A stretch of 64,000 nt of DNA, from the NCBI GenBank assembly GCA_964635715.1, contig CAZWNZ010000001.1, positions 138,358-202,357 of the forward strand, written 5' to 3'. Origin of the DNA: an uncultured Gammaproteobacteria bacterium (GTDB lineage: Bacteria > Patescibacteriota > Microgenomatia > UBA8517). Under the pieces are notes generated by a model. That model was not told the origin of the DNA. It ran no database searches and saw nothing but the letters and a program-made list of their open reading frames with translations. Positions 36,477 to 46,781 of the stretch are shown piece after piece (positions within the stretch are counted from its first letter, which is position 1; the number at the start of each line of letters is the position of its first letter). A program made the translations under genes and the position numbers.

Positions 36477-37136
36477 ATGATTTTTGTTAATTACAAGACT
36501 TTTGAAGAAAGCTCCGGTGAGAAAGCGCTCCTGTTAACAAAAAAACTTGAGGAAGTTGCCCACGAATCACAGGTAAAAATAATACCTATCGTTCAGACAA
36601 TTGATGCTGAGATGGTTCTTTCTTCCACCACCTTAGAAGTGTGGGTGCAACACATAGACCCTTTTAACTTCGGGGCACACACAGGTTGGGTGATACCTGA
36701 AGAGGTAGCAAAAATCGGAATCTCCGGTGTCTTTCTGAACCATTCAGAGCATAAATTCAGCGATTTTGAGTCGCTTCGTATAGCCAATGAAAAAGCAAAA
36801 GAGGTAAATCTTAAAACTCTGATTTTTGCCGGAAGTATCGAAGAGTTAAAGAACATAGCAACTCTTAAACCAACATTTATTGCTTACGAGCCCCCGGAAC
36901 TTGTCGGGTCTACCGATACTTCAGTTGCCAGATCTCAACCTGAAATTATCTCTCAGGCCGCCGAAATTGCCAGGGCAGCGGGTGAACCTCTAATAGTTGG
37001 TGCCGGAGTTTCGTCGATGGAAGATGTTAAAAAGAGTTTGGAATTGGGGGCAGTTGGTGTAGCGCTAGCTACAGCAGTTGTAAAAGCTAATGACCCTAAA
37101 GTGAAACTACTGGAATTAGTGGAGGGGTTTAAATAG
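36477..37136 (+). CDS. tpiA: Triosephosphate isomerase, archaeal-type short form
   Basis: 219 aa. VNYKTFEES, LNHSEHK and FIAYEPPELVGS motifs. Confidence 0.8.
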   Translation: MIFVNYKTFEESSGEKALLLTKKLEEVAHESQVKIIPIVQTIDAEMVLSSTTLEVWVQHIDPFNFGAHTGWVIPEEVAKIGISGVFLNHSEHKFSDFESLRIANEKAKEVNLKTLIFAGSIEELKNIATLKPTFIAYEPPELVGSTDTSVARSQPEIISQAAEIARAAGEPLIVGAGVSSMEDVKKSLELGAVGVALATAVVKANDPKVKLLELVEGFK

Positions 37137-37140
37137 AAAG

Positions 37141-37590
37141 ATGAAAATTTACATAGGATCTGATCATAGAGGATATAGGCTAAAAGAAAAGATAGTTAAA
37201 TGGCTTTTTGATATGGAATATCCATATCAAGATCTTGGGGCTACACATTTTGATCCGAAAGACGACTATACAAAATATGCTACTCAAGTTGCTTCGCTTG
37301 TTGCCAAAACTGAAGGTGCTCGCGGGGTATTGCTTTGTGGAAGCGGTGTCGGTGTTGATGTGATGGCCAATAAATTTGATGGGATTAGAGCTTCGATAGG
37401 AAAAGATGTTTTTCAGGTTGAGGCCGGTAGAAATGATGATGATATGAATATTTTGGTAATTGCGGCGGACTTTACCGAGGAAAAAGAAGCAAAAGCTATG
37501 TTGATTTCTTTTCTTGAGACAAAATTCTCAGGGAAGGCGAGATATGAAAGAAGACTTCAGGAAATTGAGGAAATAGAAGCAAATAACTGA
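37141..37590 (+). CDS. rpiB: Ribose-5-phosphate isomerase B
   Basis: MKIYIGSDHRGY and LLCGSGVGVDVMANK. Confidence 0.85.
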   Translation: MKIYIGSDHRGYRLKEKIVKWLFDMEYPYQDLGATHFDPKDDYTKYATQVASLVAKTEGARGVLLCGSGVGVDVMANKFDGIRASIGKDVFQVEAGRNDDDMNILVIAADFTEEKEAKAMLISFLETKFSGKARYERRLQEIEEIEANN

Positions 37591-37592
37591 CA

Positions 37593-38564
37593 ATGAGCCT
37601 GCCCAAACTTACTGATATTGATGTGTCCAGAAAAAGAGTTTTGGTTCGTGCCGATCTGGATATTGATATTGGGGAAAATTACAGACTGGAGGCAATTTTG
37701 CCCACTCTTGAATATCTGTCCTCCAAATCTGCAAATATAACAATAATGGGGCATTTAGGCAGGCCGTGTGGAAAAGTTGTTGAAGAACTGAAAATAAAAC
37801 CAGTAGAAGAGGCTTTAAGAAAAGTTGCAAAAGGTATCGAATTTGAGGTTTTGGAAAACCTAAGATTTAACCCCGGAGAGGAAGCAAGTGATATGAAATT
37901 TGCTGAAAGTCTTGCGATACAGGGCGATGTATATGTAAATGAAGCCTTCGCATCTTCCCATAGAAATTCCGCTTCAATAACCACACTACCGAAACTTTTG
38001 CCGCACGCGGTAGGTTTTAGATTTGAAAAAGAAGTGGAAAATCTTTCAAAGGTTTTTGAGAATCCAAAAAAGCCTGTTGTGTTAGTAGTTGGGGGATCGA
38101 AAGATGACAAAAAGGAATATATAAAAAGTCTGGAAAATTTTGTCGACAAAATTCTTGTTGGTGGACGCCTGCCTGAATATTATGGAGATTTGGCATTGGA
38201 AAGTGTGAGAAATATCGGAGAAGAGGATAAAATAGTTTTGGCAAATTTAATTCAGGACAAGGAGGATATTACTTTAAATTCAATTGAGCGGTTTGAAGAA
38301 GAAATAGTCAAAGCCGGAACAATTGTCCTGGCCGGACCAATGGGTAGGTATGAGGACGAAGGTCATAGGCAGGGAACCGAAAGAGTTTTTAAAGCAGTTG
38401 CGGCTTCCAGTGCATATAAAGTCGTTGGAGGAGGCGACAGTCTTTCTGTTCTTAGTTTATATTCTTTGAAAGACAAATTTGACTGGGTTTCAGTTGGGGG
38501 AGGAGCAATGCTTGAGTTTTTAGCACAAAAAACATTACCCGGTATTGAGGCGCTTCTTAAATAA
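37593..38564 (+). CDS. pgk: Phosphoglycerate kinase (compact)
   Basis: KRVLVRADLD, GHLGRP, ENLRFNPGEE, AGPMGRYE and VVGGGDS motifs. Confidence 0.8.
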   Translation: MSLPKLTDIDVSRKRVLVRADLDIDIGENYRLEAILPTLEYLSSKSANITIMGHLGRPCGKVVEELKIKPVEEALRKVAKGIEFEVLENLRFNPGEEASDMKFAESLAIQGDVYVNEAFASSHRNSASITTLPKLLPHAVGFRFEKEVENLSKVFENPKKPVVLVVGGSKDDKKEYIKSLENFVDKILVGGRLPEYYGDLALESVRNIGEEDKIVLANLIQDKEDITLNSIERFEEEIVKAGTIVLAGPMGRYEDEGHRQGTERVFKAVAASSAYKVVGGGDSLSVLSLYSLKDKFDWVSVGGGAMLEFLAQKTLPGIEALLK

Positions 38565-38603
38565 TCCACATCAAAAATGTATAATGAATGATAACCTGCT
38601 CGT

Positions 38604-39719
38604 ATGTCAAAGATAAAAGTTGGAATTAATGGTTTTGGTAGAATTGGGCGTCTAGCGCTCAGAATCGGAGTTCTTAAACATCTCGATGAAATTGAGTTTG
38701 CTGCAATCAACACTTCTGGCTCAATGGATACTTCATCATGGGCTCATTTGGTGAATTATGACACGATGTATCGCACCTTTCAGTATAAAGTTCAAGCAAA
38801 GGATATTAGAGACCCGAAAGAGATAACTGACGAAGAACCTCAAATAGGAGAGATATTAATTTCCGAGAGAAATGTAAAGGTTCCGGTTCTTGCACAAAGA
38901 GATCCTGCCAAAATTCCCTGGGGAAAATACGGTGTTGATGTGGTAATTGAGGCAACAGGCATTTTTACTAAAAGAGAAGATGCGGTTAAACATGCAAGAG
39001 GGGGAGCAAAAAGAATAGTTTTGTCCGCTCCAGCAAAAGGAGAGAATGTCGGAACTTATGTAGTTGGAGTTAAAGAAGTCGAGGGTTCTGCAGAAGTTAT
39101 TTCTAATGCCAGTTGTACAACTAATTGTGTCGCTCCGGTCATGGCGGTGCTTGAATCAGTGTTTGGGATTGAAAAAGCGGCAATGACAACGGTACACGCA
39201 TATACAGACGACCAAAATTTACAGGATGGATCGCACAAAGATTTACGACGTGCACGCGCCGCCGGACAAAATATTGTTCCCACGTCCACCGGAGCAGCTA
39301 TTGCTACAACAGAAACAATACCATCTCTTAAAGGAGTGTTTGATGGGAGGTCTTTGAGGGTTCCGGTTGCAACAGGATCCATTACAGATTTTGCGGTAAT
39401 TCTAAAGAGAAATACGACAGTGGAGGAAGTAAACGATGCTTTTAGACAGGCATCTAAAAATTCCATATATAAGGGAATATTGGCAGTTTCTGAGGAAGAA
39501 TTAGTATCAAGCGATATTATAGGAAGAAGCGAGAGTTCCATAGTTGACTTACCTCTTACTCAAGTAATTGGTGGAAATCTTGTCAAGGTTTTTGCCTGGT
39601 ATGACAATGAATGGGGATATGCCAATAGGCTTATTGAACAGGTAATTAGAGTTGGCAGGAATCTGGAAAGTAAAACCGTGCCAACAGATCCAATATCTTT
39701 ATCATTTAAAACAGTGTAA
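38604..39719 (+). CDS. gap: Glyceraldehyde-3-phosphate dehydrogenase
   Basis: INGFGRIGR, SNASCTTNC and WYDNEWGY motifs. Confidence 0.9.
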   Translation: MSKIKVGINGFGRIGRLALRIGVLKHLDEIEFAAINTSGSMDTSSWAHLVNYDTMYRTFQYKVQAKDIRDPKEITDEEPQIGEILISERNVKVPVLAQRDPAKIPWGKYGVDVVIEATGIFTKREDAVKHARGGAKRIVLSAPAKGENVGTYVVGVKEVEGSAEVISNASCTTNCVAPVMAVLESVFGIEKAAMTTVHAYTDDQNLQDGSHKDLRRARAAGQNIVPTSTGAAIATTETIPSLKGVFDGRSLRVPVATGSITDFAVILKRNTTVEEVNDAFRQASKNSIYKGILAVSEEELVSSDIIGRSESSIVDLPLTQVIGGNLVKVFAWYDNEWGYANRLIEQVIRVGRNLESKTVPTDPISLSFKTV

Positions 39720-39720
39720 T

Positions 39721-39806
39721 TATATGAAATTCTCTCAGGAGAAATAGTGCGATTTAAAAATCGTAGACGATTCGGAGAATCTCCAAGGATGAACTTCATA
39801 TAACAT
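39721..39806 (+). promoter_or_regulatory. Conserved ~65-nt leader element, copy 1 (with 18-nt insertion), upstream of the LOG-family gene
   Basis: AAATTCTCTCAGGAGAAAT...GCGATT[TAAAAATCGTAGACGATT]CGGAGAATCTCCAAGGATGAACTTCATATAA. GGAGA/UCUCC stem, AAGGA SD and a 4-codon uORF MNFI (39788-39802). A second copy is at 46782-46847. Confidence 0.4.
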
Positions 39807-39822
39807 TTGTTTTACAAACATT

Positions 39823-40464
39823 ATGGAAGAAGCAAAAAAATACTCCGGTGTTAGATGTATTAAAAATATTGCTTTTTTTGGCGATGCGAATATTTCCGAA
39901 ACTGACGAAGCATATAAAGACGCATTTGAGGTGGCAGAAGCTTTAGGACAAAAGGAATATGTCATTGTTGATGGGGGAGGTCCCGGAGTAATGGAAGCAG
40001 CAACAAGTGGTGCAAGAAAGGGAGGAGGAAAAACAATTTCGATAACTTTCGATCCGGTAGGAGCTACCGGATATGAAGGGCGCTATATCAAAAATGTTAC
40101 CGATACGGAAGTGGTGACCACAAATTATATAGAACGCATGTTCAAGCTTCTGGAATATGGAGATGTCTTTATTATTTTTAAAGGTGGCAGCGGAACAGTT
40201 TCGGAATTCGGCACGGCCTGGGTTTTGGCAAAATTATATTTTGGTCACCACAAACCGATTATTCTTTATGGCGATTTTTGGGCAGAGATTTTGGATGTTT
40301 TCAGAAAAAATATGAATATAGACAGTACTGAAATGAGCGTTTTTGAGATTTGTACAACTCGCGATGAGGTTTTGAATGCTATTGAAAGATTTGAAAAAAA
40401 GATAAATGACAGGGGCTGCTTATTGAGCAATGATGACTCGATTGATGGAGCTTTTAAAGTTTAA
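39823..40464 (+). CDS. LOG-family protein (cytokinin riboside 5'-monophosphate phosphoribohydrolase-like; TIGR00730)
   Basis: GGGPGVMEAA and KGGSGTVSE motifs. Confidence 0.75.
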   Translation: MEEAKKYSGVRCIKNIAFFGDANISETDEAYKDAFEVAEALGQKEYVIVDGGGPGVMEAATSGARKGGGKTISITFDPVGATGYEGRYIKNVTDTEVVTTNYIERMFKLLEYGDVFIIFKGGSGTVSEFGTAWVLAKLYFGHHKPIILYGDFWAEILDVFRKNMNIDSTEMSVFEICTTRDEVLNAIERFEKKINDRGCLLSNDDSIDGAFKV

Positions 40465-40497
40465 CTAGATTCTGGAATTTAGAATCTAGAATCTAGG
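40464..40497. repeat. CTAG-AWTC-TAG palindromic repeat cluster (copy B)
   Basis: TAACTAGATTCTGGAATTTAGAATCTAGAATCTAGG upstream of tktA. Confidence 0.45.
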
Positions 40498-40498
40498 T

Positions 40499-41275
40499 AT
40501 GAAAAATACACAAGAAGGCCTAAAAAACATATCGCTACAAGTAAGACGGGACATATTGGAGATGATTTATAAAGCCGGGAGCGGACATCCCGGAGGATCT
40601 CTTTCCGCAGTTGAAATTTTGGTCGCCCTGTATTTTGAGGTGTTGGGGGAGGAAGATAAATTTTTTCTTTCAAATGGTCATATCTGCCCCGCTTTATATT
40701 CAGTTTTTATTGAAAAAGGATTATTGTCTCGCGATTCCTTATCTCAATACACATCTCTCAACTCTTCTTTACAAGGACATCCTGAAAAAGGAAAATTGCC
40801 CGAGATTGAAAACACATCGGGGTCTTTGGGGATGGGTTTGGGACAAGCGGCAGGGTTTGCCGTTGTAGAAAAAGACTCAACTGTTTATTGCATGACCAGC
40901 GATGGCGAGCATGATGAAGGAAGTCATTGGGAGGCTGTTAATTTTGCTGCAAAATATCATCTCGGAAACCTAATCCAAATAGTCGATAAAAACGGGATTC
41001 AAATTGAAGGAACGGTGGAGGAAATAATGCCCCTTGGAAACCTAAAAGAGAAATATGAGGCTAGTGATTGGAACGTCATCGAAATTGACGGACATAATTT
41101 TGAGGAAATTATCGATGCTTTTGAAAAAGCCAAGGAAAACGGCGGTAAACCGACTGTCATCCTGGCCAAAACTATTTTTGGCAAAGGCATTTCTTTTATG
41201 GAGGGCAATCCTAATTGGCATGCAAAAGCACCCAACAAAGAGGAATTTGAAAAAGCAATGTCGGAGCTAAAATAA
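40499..41275 (+). CDS. tktA: Transketolase, N-terminal subunit (split form)
   Basis: GSGHPGGSLSAVEILVALYF thiamine-diphosphate-binding motif. Confidence 0.85.
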   Translation: MKNTQEGLKNISLQVRRDILEMIYKAGSGHPGGSLSAVEILVALYFEVLGEEDKFFLSNGHICPALYSVFIEKGLLSRDSLSQYTSLNSSLQGHPEKGKLPEIENTSGSLGMGLGQAAGFAVVEKDSTVYCMTSDGEHDEGSHWEAVNFAAKYHLGNLIQIVDKNGIQIEGTVEEIMPLGNLKEKYEASDWNVIEIDGHNFEEIIDAFEKAKENGGKPTVILAKTIFGKGISFMEGNPNWHAKAPNKEEFEKAMSELK

Positions 41276-41290
41276 ATACCAATAATACCA

Positions 41291-42253
41291 ATGTCACCAA
41301 TAAATACAAATTCCAAATTAAAAAGTATGAGGGATGGATTTGGAGAAGCACTGGTTGAGCTTGGTGAGAAAAATCCCGACGTTGTTGTATTGACGGCAGA
41401 TTTGGCTCAGTCAACAAAAGTTGCTGATTTTGCTGATAAATTTCCAGATCGATTTTTCCAGGTCGGAGTGGCAGAGCAATCGCTTGTCACCGTTGCCATG
41501 GGAATGGCCGCCGCAGGCAAAATTCCTTTTACAACTTCCTATGCGGTTTTTTCTCCGGGAAGAACCCTTGAATTTATAAAAGTTGCAGCATTGAGTAATC
41601 TACCGATAAAAATCATCGGAGCCCATGCAGGGTTCGGGGCTTCAATGTATGGGGCAACACACCAGAGTCTGGAAGATATAGCTTTGATGAGAACAATTCC
41701 CAATATGGTTGTTGAAGTTCCCGCCGACTTTGAAGAGGCTAAAAAGGCCACATTCGCATTAGCTGAAAATGGAAAACCAAGCTATTTGAGACTGGCCAGG
41801 CAGGAATCAGAAGTTTTATCTAAAGGAAATTTTGAAACAGGTAAGGTAGTTACCTTAAGGGAAGGAAAGGATCCTCAAGTTGCAATAATCGGAGCAGGGC
41901 CAATTCTGGCGGAAGGATTAAAAGCTGCGGAGGAATTATCTGATATTGGAATTGAAACAATGGTAATTAATTGCCACACAGTGAAACCCATTGACGATAT
42001 TGCAATCACAAATGCGGCTAGGATTTGCGGCGGCATTGTAACGATTGAAGAGCATCAGATAATGGGAGGATTAGGGAGTGCAATCGCTGAAGTTGTGGTT
42101 CAGGGCCATCAGGTTCCGATGGAATTTGTGGGAGTGAAAGATTCCTTCGGAGAATCTGCTAAAACATATCAGGAACTTTGGAAAAAGTTTGGATTAACAA
42201 AAGAAAATATTATAGAAGCAGTCAAAAAAGTAATCCTTCGTAAAAATTCCTAG
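41291..42253 (+). CDS. tktB: Transketolase, C-terminal subunit (split form)
   Basis: Pyrimidine-binding and C-terminal domains: FFQVGVAEQSLV and EDIALMRTIPNM. Confidence 0.85.
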   Translation: MSPINTNSKLKSMRDGFGEALVELGEKNPDVVVLTADLAQSTKVADFADKFPDRFFQVGVAEQSLVTVAMGMAAAGKIPFTTSYAVFSPGRTLEFIKVAALSNLPIKIIGAHAGFGASMYGATHQSLEDIALMRTIPNMVVEVPADFEEAKKATFALAENGKPSYLRLARQESEVLSKGNFETGKVVTLREGKDPQVAIIGAGPILAEGLKAAEELSDIGIETMVINCHTVKPIDDIAITNAARICGGIVTIEEHQIMGGLGSAIAEVVVQGHQVPMEFVGVKDSFGESAKTYQELWKKFGLTKENIIEAVKKVILRKNS

Positions 42254-43305
42254 TTACTTACCCAAATTTTCTTCAACTCGGGATTGATTAAACCTTCTGG
42301 GGTTTCGGATACCCATTCTTTAAAAGTTTGACTTACTTCGATCTCAACTTGCCATTTAGAATCAACCTTTTTTCCTAAAAAATGATATAAGTCAGGACCT
42401 CCTTCACCTGTGGCATATATTGTAATTATGCCAAAAGCCCAATTATCGGAGGTTTTAGTATCCTGTTGAGAAACACCATATTCTGTTGTGGGTGTTCTAC
42501 CCAAACGACTTATTAGCGCAGACTTGGCTGCTGAATTTAAACTGTCGAAATCTAAATCCTGGTTTTGATTAGTAAACTTAAAAGTGGAAAGGATTTGGTT
42601 CAGCAAATTTTTATCGGGTATGCGAAACCTCATATCGATAATAAAACCGGAATCCGGTACTAAAATTTCAGTAACAGAATTGGATCTACTATCGTATGGT
42701 TTTGTTAATTCATATACAAACTTATAAGCAGGTTTGCCGTTGAAGGTAATATTATCCTGAAAAATAATTTTTGGTTCCTCGTCTGCTAAACCAGCTGTTG
42801 AACCCATGTAATAATCGACAGCGTATCGCTTCATTTCCTCCAGTGTTTTATTTGTATTTGTGATTACTGTGACGTTGTCGTCTACGTGGTTGGTAATTTT
42901 GGAATTTTCACCCACAGATATATAGCTACTTTGATCAGTTATTACTGTCCAGTTTTTAGGGTATTGGAACTCCAAATTTTTGTTTTGCGAAACATATTTT
43001 TTCCAATCTGCAGTTGGATCGGCTGTGACTTGAGGGGTGGGGGAAGGAGACCTAGTTGCTACAGGTTCTTTCGCGAAATAACGTTGGTATACAAAATATC
43101 CACCAGTCCCCAAAATCGCAAAAGCCAAAATAATTAATAAAACCGGTATTAACTTACTTTTTGTTACTGGAAGTTCAGATAAAACAGGTTGAGACGTTAC
43201 CGGTTGAATGAGGGGAGTATTAGCTATACCTGTCGGAATTTCGAGCGGTGGAACCTGATTTTGAACAGGTTCTTGAATTGGGGCTTGGTTAATTTGGTTT
43301 CCCAC
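42250..43305 (-). CDS. Membrane-anchored extracellular protein, paralog 1 (Pro/Gln-rich N-terminus, TM, PT linker, TADPTADWK motif)
   Basis: PTPQVTADPTADWKKY. Paralogous to 43309-44349. Confidence 0.45.
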   Translation of the reverse strand: MGNQINQAPIQEPVQNQVPPLEIPTGIANTPLIQPVTSQPVLSELPVTKSKLIPVLLIILAFAILGTGGYFVYQRYFAKEPVATRSPSPTPQVTADPTADWKKYVSQNKNLEFQYPKNWTVITDQSSYISVGENSKITNHVDDNVTVITNTNKTLEEMKRYAVDYYMGSTAGLADEEPKIIFQDNITFNGKPAYKFVYELTKPYDSRSNSVTEILVPDSGFIIDMRFRIPDKNLLNQILSTFKFTNQNQDLDFDSLNSAAKSALISRLGRTPTTEYGVSQQDTKTSDNWAFGIITIYATGEGGPDLYHFLGKKVDSKWQVEIEVSQTFKEWVSETPEGLINPELKKIWVSN

Positions 43306-43308
43306 TTT

Positions 43309-44349
43309 TTAAAATGTACAAACAACTGCAATATTAGGACCACAAATTTCTCCTGGCAATGCATGTCTGCAAGTATTTGATTGTGCATCAAACTTTCCTT
43401 GATAAGTTTGACATAGGGTCTGCAATTTTTGAGTTAAAGTTGAATTGCCGGAAGAATCTTGACACTCTTTATAATCATCATCCCAATGTTTTGATGAACC
43501 AAATATACCTATGCATGCAGTTTTAGCAGACTCTAAGGTTGACGAGGTTGTTGTCGAACCAAACTTAAAAGTGGAAAGAATTTGATTTATAGCATCAATA
43601 TTGCTAAGTGTAATTTGGAATATGTTATTTTCATTTTCAAACCAGAGGTATTTATATTCCATTAGCGGATACAAAGATTCTGCACTTCCATCTTCAACGT
43701 AATTTCCCTTGATGGTGTAGGTATAGGCCTTTGTTCCTAAAAAAACTGTTTCTGTAAACTTTTCAATCACTTGGTTGTCTTCAATTTCGGACTTAGCTAT
43801 TTCAGAAAGTTGTTCTTTATTGCTGTTCGCAGGCAACTTATAGGTGGAAACCTTGTTAAAATGTCTTTGAGCCTGTGTAGTTAAACTTTCGAGTGTTTTG
43901 TCTGTAATACTAACCGCAATTCTTGGTTCCAATGTTGAATCTTGAGAGTCAGAATTATAAGCAACTATGTGTGATTCAATTTCAGGAGTATCACTACCAA
44001 AACCATTTTGGCCAACGCTGTAGTTTTCAGGATATTTAAAAGAGTAATTATATTTTGTATTTGTATATGTTTTCCAATCGGCTGTGGGATCAGCTGTAAC
44101 TACTGGTGTGGGGGAAGCCACAGCAATCGGTTTAACTGCAAAATACTTTTGGTATACCAAAAGACCTCCAATCCCAACTAATATTCCAACAACAAGAAAT
44201 ATGACCAAAATCAACCAATTATTTTTAGATTGTACAGGAATTGAAGGGGTAATAGGTTCAGTGGGTGGTGTGATTGGAGTATTTTGTGCAGGGACTTGAG
44301 GATCCATGTTTAGATTCTGAAGTTTATAATTTTGGATGTCAAGAAGCAA
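43309..44349 (-). CDS. Membrane-anchored extracellular protein, paralog 2
   Basis: PTPVVTADPTADWKTY. Cys-rich C-terminus: CIGIF...CQDSSGNSTLTQKLQTLCQTYQGKFDAQSNTCRHALPGEICGPNIAVVCTF. Confidence 0.45.
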   Translation of the reverse strand: MLLDIQNYKLQNLNMDPQVPAQNTPITPPTEPITPSIPVQSKNNWLILVIFLVVGILVGIGGLLVYQKYFAVKPIAVASPTPVVTADPTADWKTYTNTKYNYSFKYPENYSVGQNGFGSDTPEIESHIVAYNSDSQDSTLEPRIAVSITDKTLESLTTQAQRHFNKVSTYKLPANSNKEQLSEIAKSEIEDNQVIEKFTETVFLGTKAYTYTIKGNYVEDGSAESLYPLMEYKYLWFENENNIFQITLSNIDAINQILSTFKFGSTTTSSTLESAKTACIGIFGSSKHWDDDYKECQDSSGNSTLTQKLQTLCQTYQGKFDAQSNTCRHALPGEICGPNIAVVCTF

Positions 44350-44752
44350 CCCCTTTAAAATCCGGACAGTTTTCTTGATACCAATTTATTGCCTCAGTTG
44401 AACACTCGGATTTTATATCAGTGCCTGGCATACAATCGACATATCCGTTTTCCGGACATGAATATTTTAAGGCTTTACCGACAGGAGAAGCTGAAGACGT
44501 AGCAATCGGAGACGGGGTGGCAATAATTACAATCGGCGTTGGGGAAGGAAGTGATTCGTATTGGGATAATTTATCTTTTAGCGATTGATTTTGGTTATAC
44601 AAAAAAATAATCATTCCAAGGGAGAGAATTACAAACAGAGCAACACAAATAATAGTTATAAAATTTCCGGAGGAATTTTTGTGACCATTTTTTGTCGGAA
44701 TTGTTTCGTTAACACCCTGATATATATGGTCCATATTTTTGAATTCTAGCAT
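44339..44752 (-). CDS. Membrane-anchored small extracellular Cys-containing protein
   Basis: TM, SPTPIVIIATPSP linker and six Cys in the C-terminal domain. Confidence 0.4.
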   Translation of the reverse strand: MLEFKNMDHIYQGVNETIPTKNGHKNSSGNFITIICVALFVILSLGMIIFLYNQNQSLKDKLSQYESLPSPTPIVIIATPSPIATSSASPVGKALKYSCPENGYVDCMPGTDIKSECSTEAINWYQENCPDFKGVAS

Positions 44753-44811
44753 AATCCGCTTTACTCATGAATAGTTTGGTTTTAAACTGATAGATAATAT
44801 TTAACAATACT

Positions 44812-45789
44812 ATGAAAGAGACTATCCAAAAGTTATTGACTCAAGGTAAGGGAATACTTGCTGCCGACGAAAGCAATAAAACGATTAATAAAAGGTTTGA
44901 GTTTTTTGGAATCGAATCTACTCCCGAGTCTCGCAGAAAATACAGAGAAATGCTTTTTACTACACCGGGAATAGAAAATTATCTAAGTGGGGTTATTCTC
45001 TTTGAAGAAACGCTGGACCAGGAGATGCAGGGTAAGTTCCCTGTCCAGTTGCTTCAGGAAAAAGGAATTATCCCGGGTATTAAAGTTGACGGAGGGTTGG
45101 AGCCATTTAATGAAACTGAAGAACAAATTACTAAAGGACTTGAGGATTTAGAGGTGAGGATTAAAAAATATGCCGGTATGGGACTTAAGTTCACTAAATG
45201 GAGGGGAGTATTCAAAATAAACGATAAATATCCATCAGATGCGTTTTATGATGAAAATCTGAAAAGAATGGCTAAGTTCGCAAAAATTTCTCAAGATGTG
45301 GGCTTAGTACCGATTGTTGAGCCCGAGATTTTACTTGAAGGGAACCACACAACTACACGCTGTAGCGAAACAATAGATGAAACCTTAACAATTCTTTTTA
45401 AAAAGCTTGTTGAAATGAACGTTGATATCACGAAACTTCTTGTAAAAACAAGCATGGCTCTTCCCGGACCCGAATCCGGAGTTAAGGCCTTGCCTTTGGA
45501 AGTAGCTAATTCTACACTTAGGGCTTTAAGAAAATCAGTACCGGACGGAGTTCCCGGTATAGTTTTCCTTTCCGGCGGACAAACACCGGATGAGGCTACA
45601 AGTAATCTAAATGAAATAGTTAAGCTGAAAGAAGATGAATCCTGGGAAACATCCTTTTCTTTTGCAAGAGCATTACAGGAGGAAACAATGGCTGTATGGT
45701 GCGGAGAGGCCGAAAACATAGCCGATGCTCAAGAGGTATTCATTAGACGATTAGAAAAAGTCTCAAAAGCACGATATGGAAAACTTTAA
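44812..45789 (+). CDS. fba: Fructose-bisphosphate aldolase, class I
   Basis: GKGILAADESNKTINKRF and the Schiff-base lysine region. Confidence 0.8.
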   Translation: MKETIQKLLTQGKGILAADESNKTINKRFEFFGIESTPESRRKYREMLFTTPGIENYLSGVILFEETLDQEMQGKFPVQLLQEKGIIPGIKVDGGLEPFNETEEQITKGLEDLEVRIKKYAGMGLKFTKWRGVFKINDKYPSDAFYDENLKRMAKFAKISQDVGLVPIVEPEILLEGNHTTTRCSETIDETLTILFKKLVEMNVDITKLLVKTSMALPGPESGVKALPLEVANSTLRALRKSVPDGVPGIVFLSGGQTPDEATSNLNEIVKLKEDESWETSFSFARALQEETMAVWCGEAENIADAQEVFIRRLEKVSKARYGKL

Positions 45790-46777
45790 TCTGCTATCCA
45801 TCGGAGATGCAGGAATGGACGCCTTTATGACTCCGTTAGAAGGTGAAACTGTTTGTAAGTTGGACACTAAGGAGTGTTTGATATCTTTTTCCTATGGTGA
45901 CAAGATACCTGTAAAAAACTTGGAGTTTACAATCGGGGGAAATGCTGCCAATAATTCTATAGGCGCCAGACGTCTCGGAATTTCTACAGCAGTGGCTTTG
46001 ACTTTAGGGGATGATAGTGTCGGAGAAACGATAATTAAAAAACTAAAAGATGAAGGAGTGGATGTAACCTATGTTGTTCAACAGCCGTCAACGTCTTCAA
46101 ATTTTTCAACAATAATAAATTATTCTGGAGAGCGGACGATTTTTGTACACCATGCTCCAAGATCGTACGAATTTCCGGTCAATCTTCCGGCTGCACCTTG
46201 GGTTTACCTCACCAGTATGGGTGAAAGTTTTAGGCCATTTTATATGCACACAGTCGATTGGATAAAGAAGAATCCCCAAATTAAGCTCGTGTTTAACCCC
46301 GGAAGCTGGCAAATGCGCAGTAATTTTGAAGATATTCAGGACATAATGAGTTTAACTTATTTAATTTTTGTGAATAGGGAGGAAGCAGAAAAATTGACAA
46401 AGTTTGACGGCAGCAGCAAAGATAAAGAAAGAGATTTATTAATTGGCCTAAAAAATTTGGGTCCAAAAATTTGTGTCGTTACAGATGGAGAGAATGGAGC
46501 TTTTGCTTATGATTCGGTTAATGGTTTGTTTTTGAAAGTAGGAGCTTTTCCGATTGAAGCCTATGAAAGAACCGGGGCGGGGGATGCCTTTGGGGCCGGA
46601 GTTCTCTCTGCACTAATTTATGGAAAACCTCTTGCAGAAGCACTCCTTTGGGGTACATGCAATTCTGCTTCTGTAATTGGGTTTATAGGCTCACAAAAGG
46701 GACTTTTAAAACTTGAAGATCTTGATATGTGGCTAACCCGCGCCAAGACAAGTGGGATTAATGTTGTACAATTTTAG
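45776..46777 (+). CDS. PfkB-family carbohydrate kinase
   Basis: GGNAANNSIG and GAGDAFGAGVLSAL motifs. Confidence 0.75.
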   Translation: MENFNLLSIGDAGMDAFMTPLEGETVCKLDTKECLISFSYGDKIPVKNLEFTIGGNAANNSIGARRLGISTAVALTLGDDSVGETIIKKLKDEGVDVTYVVQQPSTSSNFSTIINYSGERTIFVHHAPRSYEFPVNLPAAPWVYLTSMGESFRPFYMHTVDWIKKNPQIKLVFNPGSWQMRSNFEDIQDIMSLTYLIFVNREEAEKLTKFDGSSKDKERDLLIGLKNLGPKICVVTDGENGAFAYDSVNGLFLKVGAFPIEAYERTGAGDAFGAGVLSALIYGKPLAEALLWGTCNSASVIGFIGSQKGLLKLEDLDMWLTRAKTSGINVVQF

Positions 46778-46781
46778 TGAT

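Noticed and set aside
37593-38564. Whether pgk is truncated
   Set aside because: All core PGK motifs from the N- to the C-terminal domain are present in order. I treat it as a compact full-length form rather than a pseudogene.
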